Shown one piece after another: positions 25,446 to 35,986 of a DNA stretch of 64,000 nt; position 1 is the first letter of the stretch, and every line of letters begins with the position of its first letter. The translations under genes were made by a program, and so were the position numbers. Origin of the DNA: an uncultured Thermomicrobiales bacterium (lineage in GTDB: Bacteria; Chloroflexota; Chloroflexia; Thermomicrobiales; UBA6265). The notes under the pieces were generated by a model. It did not search any database, was not told the origin of the DNA, and saw nothing but the letters and a program-made list of their open reading frames with translations. The stretch lies in contig CADCWG010000163.1 in NCBI GenBank assembly GCA_902806335.1, positions 2,110 through 66,109 of the forward strand, given 5' to 3'.

Positions 25446-27782
25446 ATGCCCGCCACCCTGGGCCCCGACCGCTCGGCCAGCCTTCCCGCCCCGCTCGCCC
25501 CGTTGGTCGGGCGGCGGCGAGAGATCACCGCCGTGACCGCGCTATTGCGCGACGGCGACGTCCGCCTGGTTACCCTCACCGGTCCCGGTGGGGTCGGGAA
25601 GACCCGGCTCGCGCTGAGCGCGGCCGCCGCCGTCGCCCCGGAGTTCTATGACGGCGTGCGGTTCGTCTCGCTCGCGCCGGTCGTCGACCCCGTCATGGTC
25701 GTCGCCACCCTGGCCCGGGCGGTCGGCGCGCGGGAGGACGGCGACCGTCCGCTCCTGGAGCGACTCGCCCTGGCCCTCGGCGGCCAGCGCCTCCTCCTCG
25801 TCCTCGACAACTTCGAGCAGGTCGTCGAGGCCGCGCCCCTGGTGGGCGACCTGCTTCGGGCGTGCCCCAGCCTGACGGCGCTCGTCACGAGCCGGGTCCG
25901 GCTGCGCGTGTCCGGCGAGCGCGAGTACCTGGTGCTGCCCCTCGGTCTCCCCGCGTTCGACGCAACGCCGACCGTGGACGAGGCCACCCGGTCCGACGCC
26001 GTCCGCCTCTTCGTCGGGCGGGCGCAGGCCGCCAACCCGGGCTTCGTGGTGACGTCCGAGAACGTCGGGGCCATCGCCGGGATCTGCTGGCGGTTGGACG
26101 GGGTCCCGCTGGCCATCGAGTTGGCCGCCGCCCGCGTCAAGATCCTCTCCCCCGCCGCCCTGCTGTCCCGGCTCGAGCGGCGGCTGCCACTGCTGACCGG
26201 CGGACCGCGGGACGCGCCGGACCGGCAGCGGACGATGCGGGACGCGATCGCCTGGAGCCACGATCTCCTCCTCGCTGAGGAGCGGGCCCTCTTCCGGCGC
26301 CTCTCGGTCTTCACCGGCGGCTGCACCGTCGAGGCGGCGCGCGCCGTGGGCGACCCGGAGGGCGATCTCGGGGTCGAGGATCTGGATCTCCTCGCCTCGC
26401 TCGTGGACAAGAGCCTGCTCCGCCTGGTCGAGCTGACCGACGGGGAGCCGCGCTTCGCGATGCTCGAGACGATCCGCGAGTTCGGGTTGGAACGGCTCGC
26501 GGAGAGCGGCGAGGAGGAGGTGACCCGCGCCGCGCACGCCCGCTACTACCTGGCGCTCGCGGAGCGGACGGAGCCCGACATCTACCGGGGCCGCGATCTG
26601 GGCCGCCTGCTGGGCGCGCTCGAGGCGGAGCACGCCAACCTCGGGGCCGCGCTGGCGTTCCTGACGGCGACGGGCGACTCCGATGGGGCCCTCCGCCTGG
26701 CCGGCGCGCTGGCCCCGTTCTGGTTGTTCCACAGCCACCGTGGCGAGGGACGTCGCTGGCTGGAGCGCGCGCTCGACCCCGCCTGGCGTGCCCAGGCATC
26801 GGCCGCGACGCGGGCCAGGGCCCTCGGCGGCGCGGCGACGCTCGCCTTCACCCAGGGGGATTACGCGCGGGCGGGCGCGTTCGCCGACGAGAACCTCGCC
26901 GTCCGTCAGGAGCTCGGCGACAGCGTGGGGATCGCCACCGCGCTGAACCTGTCCGGGGCGGTCAGGCGGGCGCAGGGGGCCTTCGACCCGGCGGCGGCGT
27001 GCTTCGAGGAGGCGCTCGCCCTGTTCGACGCGATCGGCGACCCCGGGTGGATCGCCCTCGCCCGCAACAACCTCGGGATCCTGGCCCACTGGCGAGGCGA
27101 CCCGGTCCGGGCCGCCGTGCTCCTCCGGGAGGCGATCGCGCTCTACCGCACGGCGGGCGACCGCTACGCCTACGGCGTCGCCGCCGCGCTCAGCGACCTT
27201 GCCCTGGTCACCTGCGATCGCGGCGACCACGCCGGGGCGGCCGCGCTGTTCGGGGAGAGCCTGGCGCGCTGGCGGGAGGTCGGGACCAAGGAGGGCCTCG
27301 CCGACTGGTTGGCCCGGGTGGCCGTGCTGGCCGCCGCGAGCGGGCGGCCCGACCAGGCGGTCCGGCTGTTCGGCGCGGCGGAGGAGCTGCGCGCGGCGAT
27401 CGGCTACGCGTTCGAGCATCCGGAGCGTGCTCGACACGCCCGTGCCCTGGTGGTGAGCCGGGCCGCGACCGGGGAGGAGGCGTTCGCCGCCGCCTGGGCG
27501 GCGGGCCGCGCGTTGTCGCCGACCGCGTCCACGGCCGAGGCGATGCGGCTGATCGCGACCACGGCGACCGTCGGCGCGGCGCCGAGCCCCTACGGGCTGA
27601 CCCCACGGGAGACGGCCGTGCTCAGCCTGATGACGGCGGGCCAGTCGGACCGCGAGATCGCCGCCGCCCTGTCCATCTCCCGCCGCACCGCCTCCAACCA
27701 CGTCGCGGCGATCCTCGCCAAGTTCGGGGTTCCGAACCGGGCAGCCGCCGCCACGCAGGCCATCCGGCTCGGCCTCGCCTGA
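25446..27782 (+). CDS. STAND-type LuxR regulator (P-loop NTPase + TPR + LuxR HTH)
   Basis: Walker [16 protein letters not shown]-terminal LTPRETAVLSLMTAGQSDREIAAALSISRRTASNHV. Paralogous to 16533..19130. GGAGGGAG RBS. Confidence 0.85.
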   Translation: MPATLGPDRSASLPAPLAPLVGRRREITAVTALLRDGDVRLVTLTGPGGVGKTRLALSAAAAVAPEFYDGVRFVSLAPVVDPVMVVATLARAVGAREDGDRPLLERLALALGGQRLLLVLDNFEQVVEAAPLVGDLLRACPSLTALVTSRVRLRVSGEREYLVLPLGLPAFDATPTVDEATRSDAVRLFVGRAQAANPGFVVTSENVGAIAGICWRLDGVPLAIELAAARVKILSPAALLSRLERRLPLLTGGPRDAPDRQRTMRDAIAWSHDLLLAEERALFRRLSVFTGGCTVEAARAVGDPEGDLGVEDLDLLASLVDKSLLRLVELTDGEPRFAMLETIREFGLERLAESGEEEVTRAAHARYYLALAERTEPDIYRGRDLGRLLGALEAEHANLGAALAFLTATGDSDGALRLAGALAPFWLFHSHRGEGRRWLERALDPAWRAQASAATRARALGGAATLAFTQGDYARAGAFADENLAVRQELGDSVGIATALNLSGAVRRAQGAFDPAAACFEEALALFDAIGDPGWIALARNNLGILAHWRGDPVRAAVLLREAIALYRTAGDRYAYGVAAALSDLALVTCDRGDHAGAAALFGESLARWREVGTKEGLADWLARVAVLAAASGRPDQAVRLFGAAEELRAAIGYAFEHPERARHARALVVSRAATGEEAFAAAWAAGRALSPTASTAEAMRLIATTATVGAAPSPYGLTPRETAVLSLMTAGQSDREIAAALSISRRTASNHVAAILAKFGVPNRAAAATQAIRLGLA

Positions 27783-27940
27783 ACCGTCGGCCCCTGAGTA
27801 GTTCCTCCCTCCCATCCCCGGCGGCCGAAGAACCAGGATGGGTAGTCCTCCCGATGCGGGGACCGCTCGGGAAGCGCACGATGGGGTCGAGCCGGGAGGT
27901 TCCCGGGTGAGACGGCATCGCGACGCGGGAGGAACCGGAC

Positions 27941-28330
27941 ATGGGCCATGGCACTGGGCGAGCACAGGCGGCGCTCCCCGCGGGGTTGCGGTTGGTCATC
28001 GACCAACCGCACCACCTGCTCTACTTTGTCCCGCCGGGGGGAGTGATCCCCGGCAACGAGCCCATCACGCCGCTCGCCCTGCGGAACCTGATCGTCGGCA
28101 GCACGGTCAGCAGCGCGCTCGGCGCGGTCGGCTACGTCGGTCCCGACCAGGAGGGCGGACCCGACCCCAACGGGCCGTGGGGGCCGGTGATCCGGGACAT
28201 GCTGATCGGGCTCACCGTGGTCCAGGTGGCGTCGGGCCTCAGCGACGAGGCCCAGGGTCGCCAGCTACGGAGCGCGGCGGCGCGGGTGGTCGCCGAGCAG
28301 GCGAACCGCCTGGCGCAGGAGATCGGCTGA
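27941..28330 (+). CDS. hypothetical protein
   Basis: 129-aa ORF with plausible composition. No recognisable motif. The start is uncertain. Confidence 0.4.
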   Translation: MGHGTGRAQAALPAGLRLVIDQPHHLLYFVPPGGVIPGNEPITPLALRNLIVGSTVSSALGAVGYVGPDQEGGPDPNGPWGPVIRDMLIGLTVVQVASGLSDEAQGRQLRSAAARVVAEQANRLAQEIG

Positions 28331-28336
28331 GCGCAG

Positions 28337-28385
28337 GCACACGACGGGGGGCGGGCCGCCAGGCGACCCGCCCCCCGTCGTGTGC
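28337..28385. terminator. perfect 19-bp hairpin between convergent genes (bidirectional terminator candidate)
   Basis: gcacacgacggggggcggg (11-nt loop) cccgccccccgtcgtgtgc. Confidence 0.6.
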
Positions 28386-28409
28386 GCCGGCGATGCCGAC
28401 GGTGCCGGG

Positions 28410-28688
28410 CTAGGAGCCGGTCACCTTGCGGAGCAGGTCGCCGGCCTTCTCGGCGAGGCCACCGCCCTCGCCGGTCGCCTCGCCACCGGCGCCGCCGATG
28501 CCGCCGAGTTGATTGCTGATCTGGTCCTGGGCCCCCTGGGGCAGGTTGTTGAGGAGACCCTCGCCCTGGCTGGTGAGGTCGCCGAGCACCGAGTGGCCCT
28601 GGTCGGCGAGCTGGTCGACGTCGTTGGTGCCCGCCTCGCCCGTGCCGCCGAGCACGTTCCCGGCGGTCTCGCGGATCCGGTCTACCAT
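28410..28688 (-). CDS. small Gly/Gln-rich hypothetical protein
   Basis: Internal Met of ORF 28410..29348 (MVDRIRETAGNVLGG...AEKAGDLLRKVTGS), 92 aa, with an AAAGGG RBS. The long upstream part of the ORF is R-rich junk. Confidence 0.5.
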   Translation of the reverse strand: MVDRIRETAGNVLGGTGEAGTNDVDQLADQGHSVLGDLTSQGEGLLNNLPQGAQDQISNQLGGIGGAGGEATGEGGGLAEKAGDLLRKVTGS

Positions 28689-28852
28689 GGTGGAACCCTT
28701 TCGCTGAGGCCGTGGCCAGCCCACCGTCCGGCGGGCTCTGCCGTGGCGGGCTGCAGGGGGCGTGCCAGGGGAGCCCTGAGGGTGGCGCGCGGAACGCGCG
28801 GCAGCCGGCCGGACGCCTCGGGTTCCGGAGGGCCGGCTGGGGCCCCTGACGC

Positions 28853-29836
28853 CTACTGAGGGCCGACGACGGGGTGCGGCACGTACGGCTCTTCCAGGTA
28901 CGCGACCTCGTCCCGGCTCAGCTTGACGGACAGGGCGCCGACGGCGTCGTCCAGGTGCGCGGTCTTCGTCGCCCCAACGATCGGCGCCGCTACCGGCTCC
29001 TTCTGCAACAGCCAGGCGAGCGCGATGTGCGCGCGCGGCACCCCTCGCTTCTCCGCGGTTTCCGCGACCCGCTCCACCACCATGCGATCGGCGTCGGCCG
29101 TCGCGTCGTACTTGCTCTTCGCGATCTGGTCGGTTTCGGACCGCAGCGTGCGTTCCGACGACCAGTCGCGCGTCAATCGACCGGAAGCGAGCGGGCTGTA
29201 CGGGGTCACCCCGATCCCTTCCGCGCGGCAGAGCGGCAGCATCTCCCGCTCCTCCTCGCGGTAGAGCAGGTTCAGGTGGTTCTGCATCGCGACGAAGCGG
29301 GTCCACCCGTGCGTCCGGGCGACGTGCAGCGCCTGCTGGAACTGCCACGCGAACATGGCGGAGGCGCCGAGATAGCGGGCCTTGCCGGCCCGCACCACAT
29401 CGTGCAGCGCCTCCATCGTCTCCTCGATCGGGGTCTCGTAATCCCAGCGGTGGATCAGGTAGAGATCCACGTAGTCCATCCCCAGCCGCCTCAGGCTCTT
29501 GTCGATCTCGCTGAGGATGGCCTTGCGCGACAGCCCGGCGCCGTTCGGTCCCTCATGCATCCGACCGTGCACCTTGGTGGCGACGACGACCTCGTCCCGG
29601 TTCGCGAAGTCCCGCAGGGCGCGCCCGAGGATCTCCTCGCTCCGCCCGAGGGAGTAGACGTTGGCGGTGTCGAAGAAGTTGATACCCAGGTCGAGGGCAT
29701 GCTTGATGATCGGCCGGCTGTTGTCCTCGTCCAGCACCCATCTGTGGATCCACCGGTCCGCGTCCCCGAAGCCCATGCACCCGAGGCAAATGCGAGACAC
29801 GTCCATGCCGGTGTGCCCGAGCTTCGCGTGGTCCAT
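28853..29836 (-). CDS. aldo/keto reductase
   Basis: From ORF 28853..30043, started at MDHAKLGHTGMDVSRICLGCMGFG with a GAGAGGAGG RBS. Contains LGINFFDTANVYS. 327 aa. Confidence 0.85.
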   Translation of the reverse strand: MDHAKLGHTGMDVSRICLGCMGFGDADRWIHRWVLDEDNSRPIIKHALDLGINFFDTANVYSLGRSEEILGRALRDFANRDEVVVATKVHGRMHEGPNGAGLSRKAILSEIDKSLRRLGMDYVDLYLIHRWDYETPIEETMEALHDVVRAGKARYLGASAMFAWQFQQALHVARTHGWTRFVAMQNHLNLLYREEEREMLPLCRAEGIGVTPYSPLASGRLTRDWSSERTLRSETDQIAKSKYDATADADRMVVERVAETAEKRGVPRAHIALAWLLQKEPVAAPIVGATKTAHLDDAVGALSVKLSRDEVAYLEEPYVPHPVVGPQ

Positions 29837-30140
29837 GCGAACCTCCTCTCGGATCCAACGGAACGAGGAGCGTCCGCCGCGCCGTGCCCTATCAGCGTTG
29901 ACGGCAACCATCGGTCCAGCATGTCGTGGCGAGGCGTCCCCCACAAGCCGTGCCCGACCGACCTTACCGATGTGGTCGAGCGCCGTCTTGGCTGGGTCGG
30001 GCGCTTTCGTCGCCTGCGCGGGACGACGATCGGCCGCCAGCAACGGTCGCCGGACCGCGTCCCATCGCCGTTGCCCGCCTGATGCCGCGTCGCCTGCTCG
30101 CAGCGGCCGTGCAACGCCCTTAGCAGGCTCGCGGGCCGAC

Positions 30141-30185
30141 GAGCGGGTCGGCGCGGAGCGGGTCGGCGCGGAGCGGGTCGGCGTG
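30141..30185. repeat. 15-bp x3 tandem repeat
   Basis: gagcgggtcggcgcg gagcgggtcggcgcg gagcgggtcggcgtg, just downstream of the accA stop. Confidence 0.7.
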
Positions 30186-30193
30186 CGGGGCGG

Positions 30194-31114
30194 TCAGATG
30201 GCGGCGAGCTCGACCGGCAGCCCACGCTCTCGGCGGACCGACTCCCGCCAGGTGCCGATCCGGCGGAACTTGGCGTAGCGGTCCGCCCGCAGCCGGTCCG
30301 GCGTCGCCGGGTCGGCGGGCGGGTAGCGGGCGTCGAGGGCGTCGAGGTGGGCCGTGATCGCGGCCCCGACGGCGAGGATCGTCTCCCGCGGCCGCTCGTG
30401 GGCCGGCACCGGCTCGGGGATCACCTCGTCGACGATGCCGAAGCGCGCCAGCTCGGCGGCGGTGATCCGCATCGTCTCCGCGGCCTCCGGCGCCTTGGTC
30501 GCGTCCTTCCAGAGGATCGCGGCGCAGGCCTCCGGGGAGGCCACGGCGTAGACGGCGTTCTCCAGCATCAGGATCCGGTCCGCGACCCCGATCGCCAGGG
30601 CACCACCCGACCCGCCCTCCCCGACCACCGCGGCGACGATCGGCACCCCGAGGTCCGCCATCGTCAGCAGGCTCTCGGCGATCGCCGTCCCCTGGCCGCG
30701 CTCCTCGGAGCCGATGCCCGGTTCGGCGCCCGGCGTGTCGATGAAGGTCACGACCGGCAGCCCGAACTTCCCGGCGTGGCGCAGCAGCCGCTCGGCCTTC
30801 CGGTAGCCCTCCGGGCGGACCATCCCGAAGTTCCGGGCGATGTTCTCCTTGGTGTTGGTCCCCTTCTGGTGCCCCAGGACCAGCACCGTCCGCCCTCCTA
30901 CCTGGGCGAGACCGCCGACCAGCGCCGGGTCGTCGCCGAAGGACCGGTCGCCGTGGAGCTCGACGAAGTCGCGGGCCAGCTCGGCCAGGTAGTCGAGGGT
31001 GTGCGGGCGGGCGGGGTTGCGGGCCAGCTTCACCCGGTCCCAGGCGCTGATCGGCCCGGTCGGACGGGACGGGGTGGGGGAGGCGGTGGTCACGTCGGCG
31101 CGGCTCGAACTCAC
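30194..31114 (-). CDS. accA: acetyl-CoA carboxylase carboxyltransferase alpha subunit
   Basis: FIDTPGAEPGIGSEERGQGTAIAESL and GEGGSGGALAIGVADR. GTG start overlaps the accD stop (GTGA). Confidence 0.9.
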   Translation of the reverse strand: MSSSRADVTTASPTPSRPTGPISAWDRVKLARNPARPHTLDYLAELARDFVELHGDRSFGDDPALVGGLAQVGGRTVLVLGHQKGTNTKENIARNFGMVRPEGYRKAERLLRHAGKFGLPVVTFIDTPGAEPGIGSEERGQGTAIAESLLTMADLGVPIVAAVVGEGGSGGALAIGVADRILMLENAVYAVASPEACAAILWKDATKAPEAAETMRITAAELARFGIVDEVIPEPVPAHERPRETILAVGAAITAHLDALDARYPPADPATPDRLRADRYAKFRRIGTWRESVRRERGLPVELAAI

Positions 31115-32172
31115 CGGCCCGGCCCGTCCGCGGCCCAGCCGACCGCCACCGTCGGCACGGGCAGCGGCTCGGCCACGCTGCCGTTCGCCCCGTACCCGGC
31201 CGCGACACCCGCCGCCGCGGCGACGAGGTGCCCCAGGTCTGGGTCCGAGCTCGGGGCGCCGCGGTCGTCGGCGCCGTCGCGGTCGCTCGGCGCGAGGTCG
31301 CGGTGGGCGCGGGCGCCGGCGTAGTGGCCGAGCAGGGAGCAGAGGGTGGCACGGAGGGCCGGCCGGGTGACGATCAGGTCGACCATCCCGTGCTCGAGCA
31401 GGAACTCGGCGGTCTGGAACCCTTCGGGCAGCTTCTGCTTGGTGATCTGCTCGATCACGCGCGGGCCCGCGAAGCCGATCAGCGCCTTCGGCTCGGCCAG
31501 GACCACGTCGGCGACGGTCGCGTAGCTGGCCGTGACGCCGCCGTAGCAGGGGTCGGTCAGCAGGGCGAGGTGGGGCACCCCGGCCCGCCCGAGGCGGGCG
31601 AGCGCGGCGACGGTCTTGGCCATCTGCATCAGGGAGAAGATCCCCTCGTGCATCCGGGCGCCGCCGGAGGCCGAGACCGTCAGCAGGGGCATGCCGCCCT
31701 TGGTGCAGCGCTCGGCCGCGCGGGCGAGCTTCTCGCCGAAGACCGAGCCCATGCTGGCGCCGAGGAAGTCGAAGTCGCAGACCGCCAGCCCGACCGGGTG
31801 CCCGCCGACGGTGGCGCGGCCGGTGACCAGCGCTTCGGTCTCACCGCTCTTGGTCCGCGTCCGCCGCAGCTTGTCGGTGTACGGCCCGCCGCCGTCGACG
31901 AAGTCGAGCGGGTCTTCCGGCCGCAGCTCGGTGTCCCACTCGATGAAGGAGCCGTCGTCGGCGAGCAGGAAGACCCGCTCGCGGGCGCGTAGCCGGAAGT
32001 GGTGGTCGCAGCGGGGGCAGACGCGGGCGTTCCGGCGCAGCTCCTTGGAGTAGAGCAGCTCCTTGCAGTCCGGACACTTGACCCAGAGGTCGTCCGGGAT
32101 CTGCTGGTCGGCCCGCTCGTCGTCGGCCGACACCGGCTGGAACTTGCCCTGGCGGTGGAAGAAGCTTCGCAC
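31111..32172 (-). CDS. accD: acetyl-CoA carboxylase carboxyltransferase beta subunit
   Basis: Zn-ribbon WVKCPDCKELLYSKELRRNARVCPRCDHHFR. GTG start at 32172 after a GGGAGGGAGGG RBS. The upstream part of ORF 31111..32271 is discounted. Confidence 0.85.
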   Translation of the reverse strand: MRSFFHRQGKFQPVSADDERADQQIPDDLWVKCPDCKELLYSKELRRNARVCPRCDHHFRLRARERVFLLADDGSFIEWDTELRPEDPLDFVDGGGPYTDKLRRTRTKSGETEALVTGRATVGGHPVGLAVCDFDFLGASMGSVFGEKLARAAERCTKGGMPLLTVSASGGARMHEGIFSLMQMAKTVAALARLGRAGVPHLALLTDPCYGGVTASYATVADVVLAEPKALIGFAGPRVIEQITKQKLPEGFQTAEFLLEHGMVDLIVTRPALRATLCSLLGHYAGARAHRDLAPSDRDGADDRGAPSSDPDLGHLVAAAAGVAAGYGANGSVAEPLPVPTVAVGWAADGPGR

Positions 32173-32456
32173 CGTCGCCCTCCCTCCCCGCTCCCGCGGC
32201 GCGAGCCCGTCGCCGCACCCGGCCACAGACGCGTCGGCCCGGTGGCCCCGCGTGGCGGCCGTCGCGCCCAACCACCCGGCGGAGCCAGCACGTCCGGCGC
32301 GGGCACGGCACCGGCGGCGGCGTCCCCCCCAACGGGGCCGCGCCCGGCACGAGAAGTCGCCAGGATACGCCAGCCGCCGGGGGCGGACAAGGGTTTCCTC
32401 TCCCGGCGGGGCTGGGCGAAGCCCTCATGGGTCGGGTGGCCGCCGCGGGCGGTCGG

Positions 32457-33197
32457 CTACGGCACGCCTCCGACGAGCGGCCGGGACGCGGCGGAGACCC
32501 CGCCAAGGGCGAGCGCGACCGCCCCCTCCGCGTGGAGCCGCGTCGTGTCGAACAGCGGGACCGTCGCGTCCTCCGGCCGCACGAGCAGCACGATCTCCGT
32601 GCAGCCGAGGATGATCGCCTCCGCGCCCCGGCCCACGAGCCGCGCCATCACCGCCCGGTACGCGTCGCGCGACGACTCGCGGACCTCGCCAAGGACGAGC
32701 TCCCGGTAGATGACGTCGTGCACCAGCCGCCGGTCGTGCTCCCCCGGCACCAGCACGTCGAGGCCGTGGCGGTCGGCCAGGCGGCCACGGTAGAAGTCCT
32801 GCTCCATCGTGAAGCGGGTGCCGAGCAGGCCGACCCGGCTGATCCCCGCCGCGGTGATCGCGACGGCGGTCGGATCGGCGATGTGCAGCAGGGGGATCCC
32901 GACCGCGGCGGCGACGGCGACGGCGACCCGGTGCATGGTGTTCGTGCAGAGCAGCAGGAGGTCCGCCCCGGCCCGCTCGACCCGCCGCGCCGCCTCCGCC
33001 AGCCGCGCCCCGGCCTCGTCCCACCGGCCCTCGGCCTGGAGCCGCTCGATGGGGGCGAAGTCGAGGCTGAGCAGCACGACCTCGGCCGCGTGCAGCCCGC
33101 CGAGGCGCCGCTTCACCTCCTCGTTGACGATCCGATAGTAGAGGGCGGACGACTCCCAGCTCATCCCCCCGATCAGGCCGATCGTCTTCATCTCCAT
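32457..33197 (-). CDS. aspartate/glutamate racemase family protein
   Basis: MKTIGLIGGMSWESSALYYRIVNE ... LLLCTNTMH ... ILGCTEI. The exact start could be 33197 or 33191. Confidence 0.8.
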   Translation of the reverse strand: MEMKTIGLIGGMSWESSALYYRIVNEEVKRRLGGLHAAEVVLLSLDFAPIERLQAEGRWDEAGARLAEAARRVERAGADLLLLCTNTMHRVAVAVAAAVGIPLLHIADPTAVAITAAGISRVGLLGTRFTMEQDFYRGRLADRHGLDVLVPGEHDRRLVHDVIYRELVLGEVRESSRDAYRAVMARLVGRGAEAIILGCTEIVLLVRPEDATVPLFDTTRLHAEGAVALALGGVSAASRPLVGGVP

Positions 33198-33596
33198 CCC
33201 CGCGTCGTCGGTCCGACCCACCTGTCTCCCCTCTCACGCCCCGCTCCCGCGGCCGCGGTGGGAATCCGGGCGACCACGGCGTCTGGCTGCCGGATGGCAC
33301 CGGCGCGCCAGCGGCGCCCCGAGCCCGGTGCACGCCGAGCGCCGCCCGCCACCGCGCCGCGGGACCCCGCACGGCGCGTCCGGATCCCGAGGGACCGGCC
33401 CGGGCGGTCCCGTAGGCGCGGGATACTGGTGGCCAGCGGTGGGGACCATCGTAAGGGCCCGGGGGTGGCCGCGCGAGATCACGGCAGCCCCCGCCCGGTT
33501 GGCAGCCCCCCCACGAGGTGCTACCGTCGCCAGCCGGTGCGCCGTCGGGGGCGGGACAATCGGCGCGGTCGGCGGCGCGGCCGGGAGGGGCGACGG

Positions 33597-34589
33597 GTGG
33601 GTACCGTTGGGGGCGGGGTGACGATCGAGGAGGTGGCGCCGGGCGTCTACCGGCTCCCCTTCGCCGTCGGCACCAAGCCGCTGGCGATGTACGTGCTCGC
33701 CGGCGACGGGCTGACGCTGATCGACACCGGCCTGACCGACACCCCGGAGGCGATCTACCTGCCCGCCATCGCCGAGCTCGGACGGCGGCCGGACGAGGTC
33801 CGGCTGGTCCTGATCACCCACGCCGACGCCGACCACATCGGCGGCGACCGCGCGGCCCGGACCCTCTTCCCCCACGCGCTGCTGGCCTGCCACGCCGCCG
33901 ACGCGCGCTGGGTCGCCGACCCGGCGGTCCTCAGCGCCGAGCGCTACGACGGCTTCCGCCCCTTCGGCCTGCGCTACGACGACGAGACGTTCGCGACCCT
34001 CGACGGCTGGATGTTCTCGGGGCGGCCCGAGCCGGCCGACCTCCTCTTCCAGGGCGGGGAGCGGATCCGCCTGGCCGGCGACGACTGGCTCGACGTGGTC
34101 CACGTGCCCGGCCATACCGCCGGCCACCTGGCGCTGCACAACCCGGCCGGCGGCTACGCCCTGATCGGTGACGCGGTCTTCGGCGCGTCCCAGCTCGACA
34201 CCGGCGGCGCCAAGGCCGCCGCGCCGCCGTATGTCGCGGTCGCCCCCTACCGGGCCACCGTCGACCGCCTCGCCGCGCTTGGCATCGGGACGCTGCTGAC
34301 CTGCCACTACCCGGTGATGCGCGGCGGCGAGGTCGGGACCTTCCTCGCCGAGAGCCGGGCCTGGGCCGACCGGGCCGAAGCGGCGATCGAGGAGGCGCTG
34401 CGCGAGGCCGCCGCGCCGCTGACCCTCGGCGAGGCCATCGAGCGGACGGACCCCGAGCTCGGTCCGTTCCAGAACCCGCGCGAGCTGCAGTGGGCGCTGC
34501 GAGCCCACCTGGAGCAGGCCGCCGCGCGGGGGCGCGCCCGCGCCGTCGACCACAGCGGGATCACCGCCTGGGTCCACGCCGGGGCATGA
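33597..34589 (+). CDS. MBL-fold metallo-hydrolase
   Basis: 3' part of ORF 32427..34589. ITHADADHIGG and VPGHTAGH motifs. GTG start after GGGAGGGG; 33618 is the alternative. Confidence 0.75.
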   Translation: MGTVGGGVTIEEVAPGVYRLPFAVGTKPLAMYVLAGDGLTLIDTGLTDTPEAIYLPAIAELGRRPDEVRLVLITHADADHIGGDRAARTLFPHALLACHAADARWVADPAVLSAERYDGFRPFGLRYDDETFATLDGWMFSGRPEPADLLFQGGERIRLAGDDWLDVVHVPGHTAGHLALHNPAGGYALIGDAVFGASQLDTGGAKAAAPPYVAVAPYRATVDRLAALGIGTLLTCHYPVMRGGEVGTFLAESRAWADRAEAAIEEALREAAAPLTLGEAIERTDPELGPFQNPRELQWALRAHLEQAAARGRARAVDHSGITAWVHAGA

Positions 34590-34774
34590 CCGCGCCGTCC
34601 CGATTGGCACGGCTCCGACGTCGGGCTGGCGGCGTAACCCGACCGGCCCACTCCAACGTATCGTTAACCGCGATGTATCTCGGCGTGCTCTGCTCTGCTC
34701 GGCCGGGCCGGTCAGCCTTGAACCGGGGACCGGGCAGCGACGAGACGGGTGAGCAGCGGTGGGGGAGAAGGCGG

Positions 34775-35602
34775 ATGGGAGGAGCGGCGAGACCGGCTGA
34801 CGGCCAGGGGGGACCGGCAGCGACGGGCCGCGGGCGGCTCGCCGGCAAGGTGGCGATCGTCACGGGCGCCGCCCACGGCATCGGCCGGGCGAGCGTGGTG
34901 CTCTTCGCGCGCGAGGGCGCCCGCGTCGCGGCGGTCGACCGGGACGCCGAGGGCCTCCGTCGGACCGTCGATGAGGCCAGCGGGGACGGCCCGGTCCTGC
35001 CCGTGGTCGCCGACCTCGGTCGGGCCGAGGATCCCGAGCGCGCCGTCGCCGAGGCGGCCGCGCGCTTCGGCGGCGTCGACGTCCTCTTCCACAACGCCGG
35101 GGTCATGCCCGAGGGCAACGCGCTCACCCATGCCGAGGCGGACTGGGACCGGGCGATGGACGTCAACCTGAAGGCGATCTTCCGGCTCGCCCGGGCCGCG
35201 GTGCCCCACATGGTCGTCCGGGGAGGCGGCAGCATCGTCACCACCGCCTCGGTGATGGCCCTGCGCGGCCACCGCGACCGCCTCGCCTACGTCGCCTCCA
35301 AGCACGGGGTCGTCGGGGTCACCCTGGCGCTCGCCGCCGACCACGCCCACCAGGGCATCCGCGCCAACACGATCTGCCCCGGCACGATCGACACGCCGAT
35401 GCTCCATCGGGTGCTCGACGCCCTGCCGGAGGCGGAGCGCCCGGCCGCCCGCGCGGGCTTCGCCGCGCTCCACCCACTCGGCACGATCGGCCGCCCGGAG
35501 GACGTCGCCTACGCCGCGCTCTACCTCGCCAGCGACGAGGCCCGCTTCGTCACCGGCGCGGTCCTCCCCGTCGACGGCGGCTACACCAGCCTGATCGTCT
35601 GA
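34775..35602 (+). CDS. SDR-family oxidoreductase
   Basis: ATG at 34775 after GGGGGAGAAGG. TGAAHGIGRA, NAG and YVASKHGVVG motifs. Confidence 0.85.
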   Translation: MGGAARPADGQGGPAATGRGRLAGKVAIVTGAAHGIGRASVVLFAREGARVAAVDRDAEGLRRTVDEASGDGPVLPVVADLGRAEDPERAVAEAAARFGGVDVLFHNAGVMPEGNALTHAEADWDRAMDVNLKAIFRLARAAVPHMVVRGGGSIVTTASVMALRGHRDRLAYVASKHGVVGVTLALAADHAHQGIRANTICPGTIDTPMLHRVLDALPEAERPAARAGFAALHPLGTIGRPEDVAYAALYLASDEARFVTGAVLPVDGGYTSLIV

Positions 35603-35624
35603 CACCGAACCCGAAGCGTCAGGA

Positions 35625-35755
35625 GTGAATCCCGAGGAGGGGTGGCGGCTGGGCCCGCCCGGGGCAAGCCCCGAACGCAGAGGCTCAGGAACAAGGCCGG
35701 CTGAAGCCGGCTGCGGACCCGCCAGGCGAAGCCCCGGCGATCACCCACGTTTCGG
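35625..35755 (-). repeat. MITE-like dispersed repeat, copy E
   Basis: The reverse complement reads gtgggtgatcgccggggcttcgcctggcgggtccgcagccggcttcagccggccttgttcctgagcctctgcgttcggggcttgccccgggcggg... Confidence 0.7.
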
Positions 35756-35986
35756 CTAAGGGACGTGCCGCCACGGTCAGGGGCGATGCGGTCGGCGATC
35801 GGGCGGCGCAAGTCCCGCTCCTACCCCGGTTCCGGACGCGCCCGTTCCCAGGCACCACAACCCACCAACGCTGGCCGGGGTCCCGGTCCGTCCGACTCAG
35901 ACCATCCCTGGTGAGCCGTCGTACCAGGACGGGCACGGGCGGCAAGCCTGGGCCAAGCGCCTGGACCGCCCCGACCCGGGATGACC

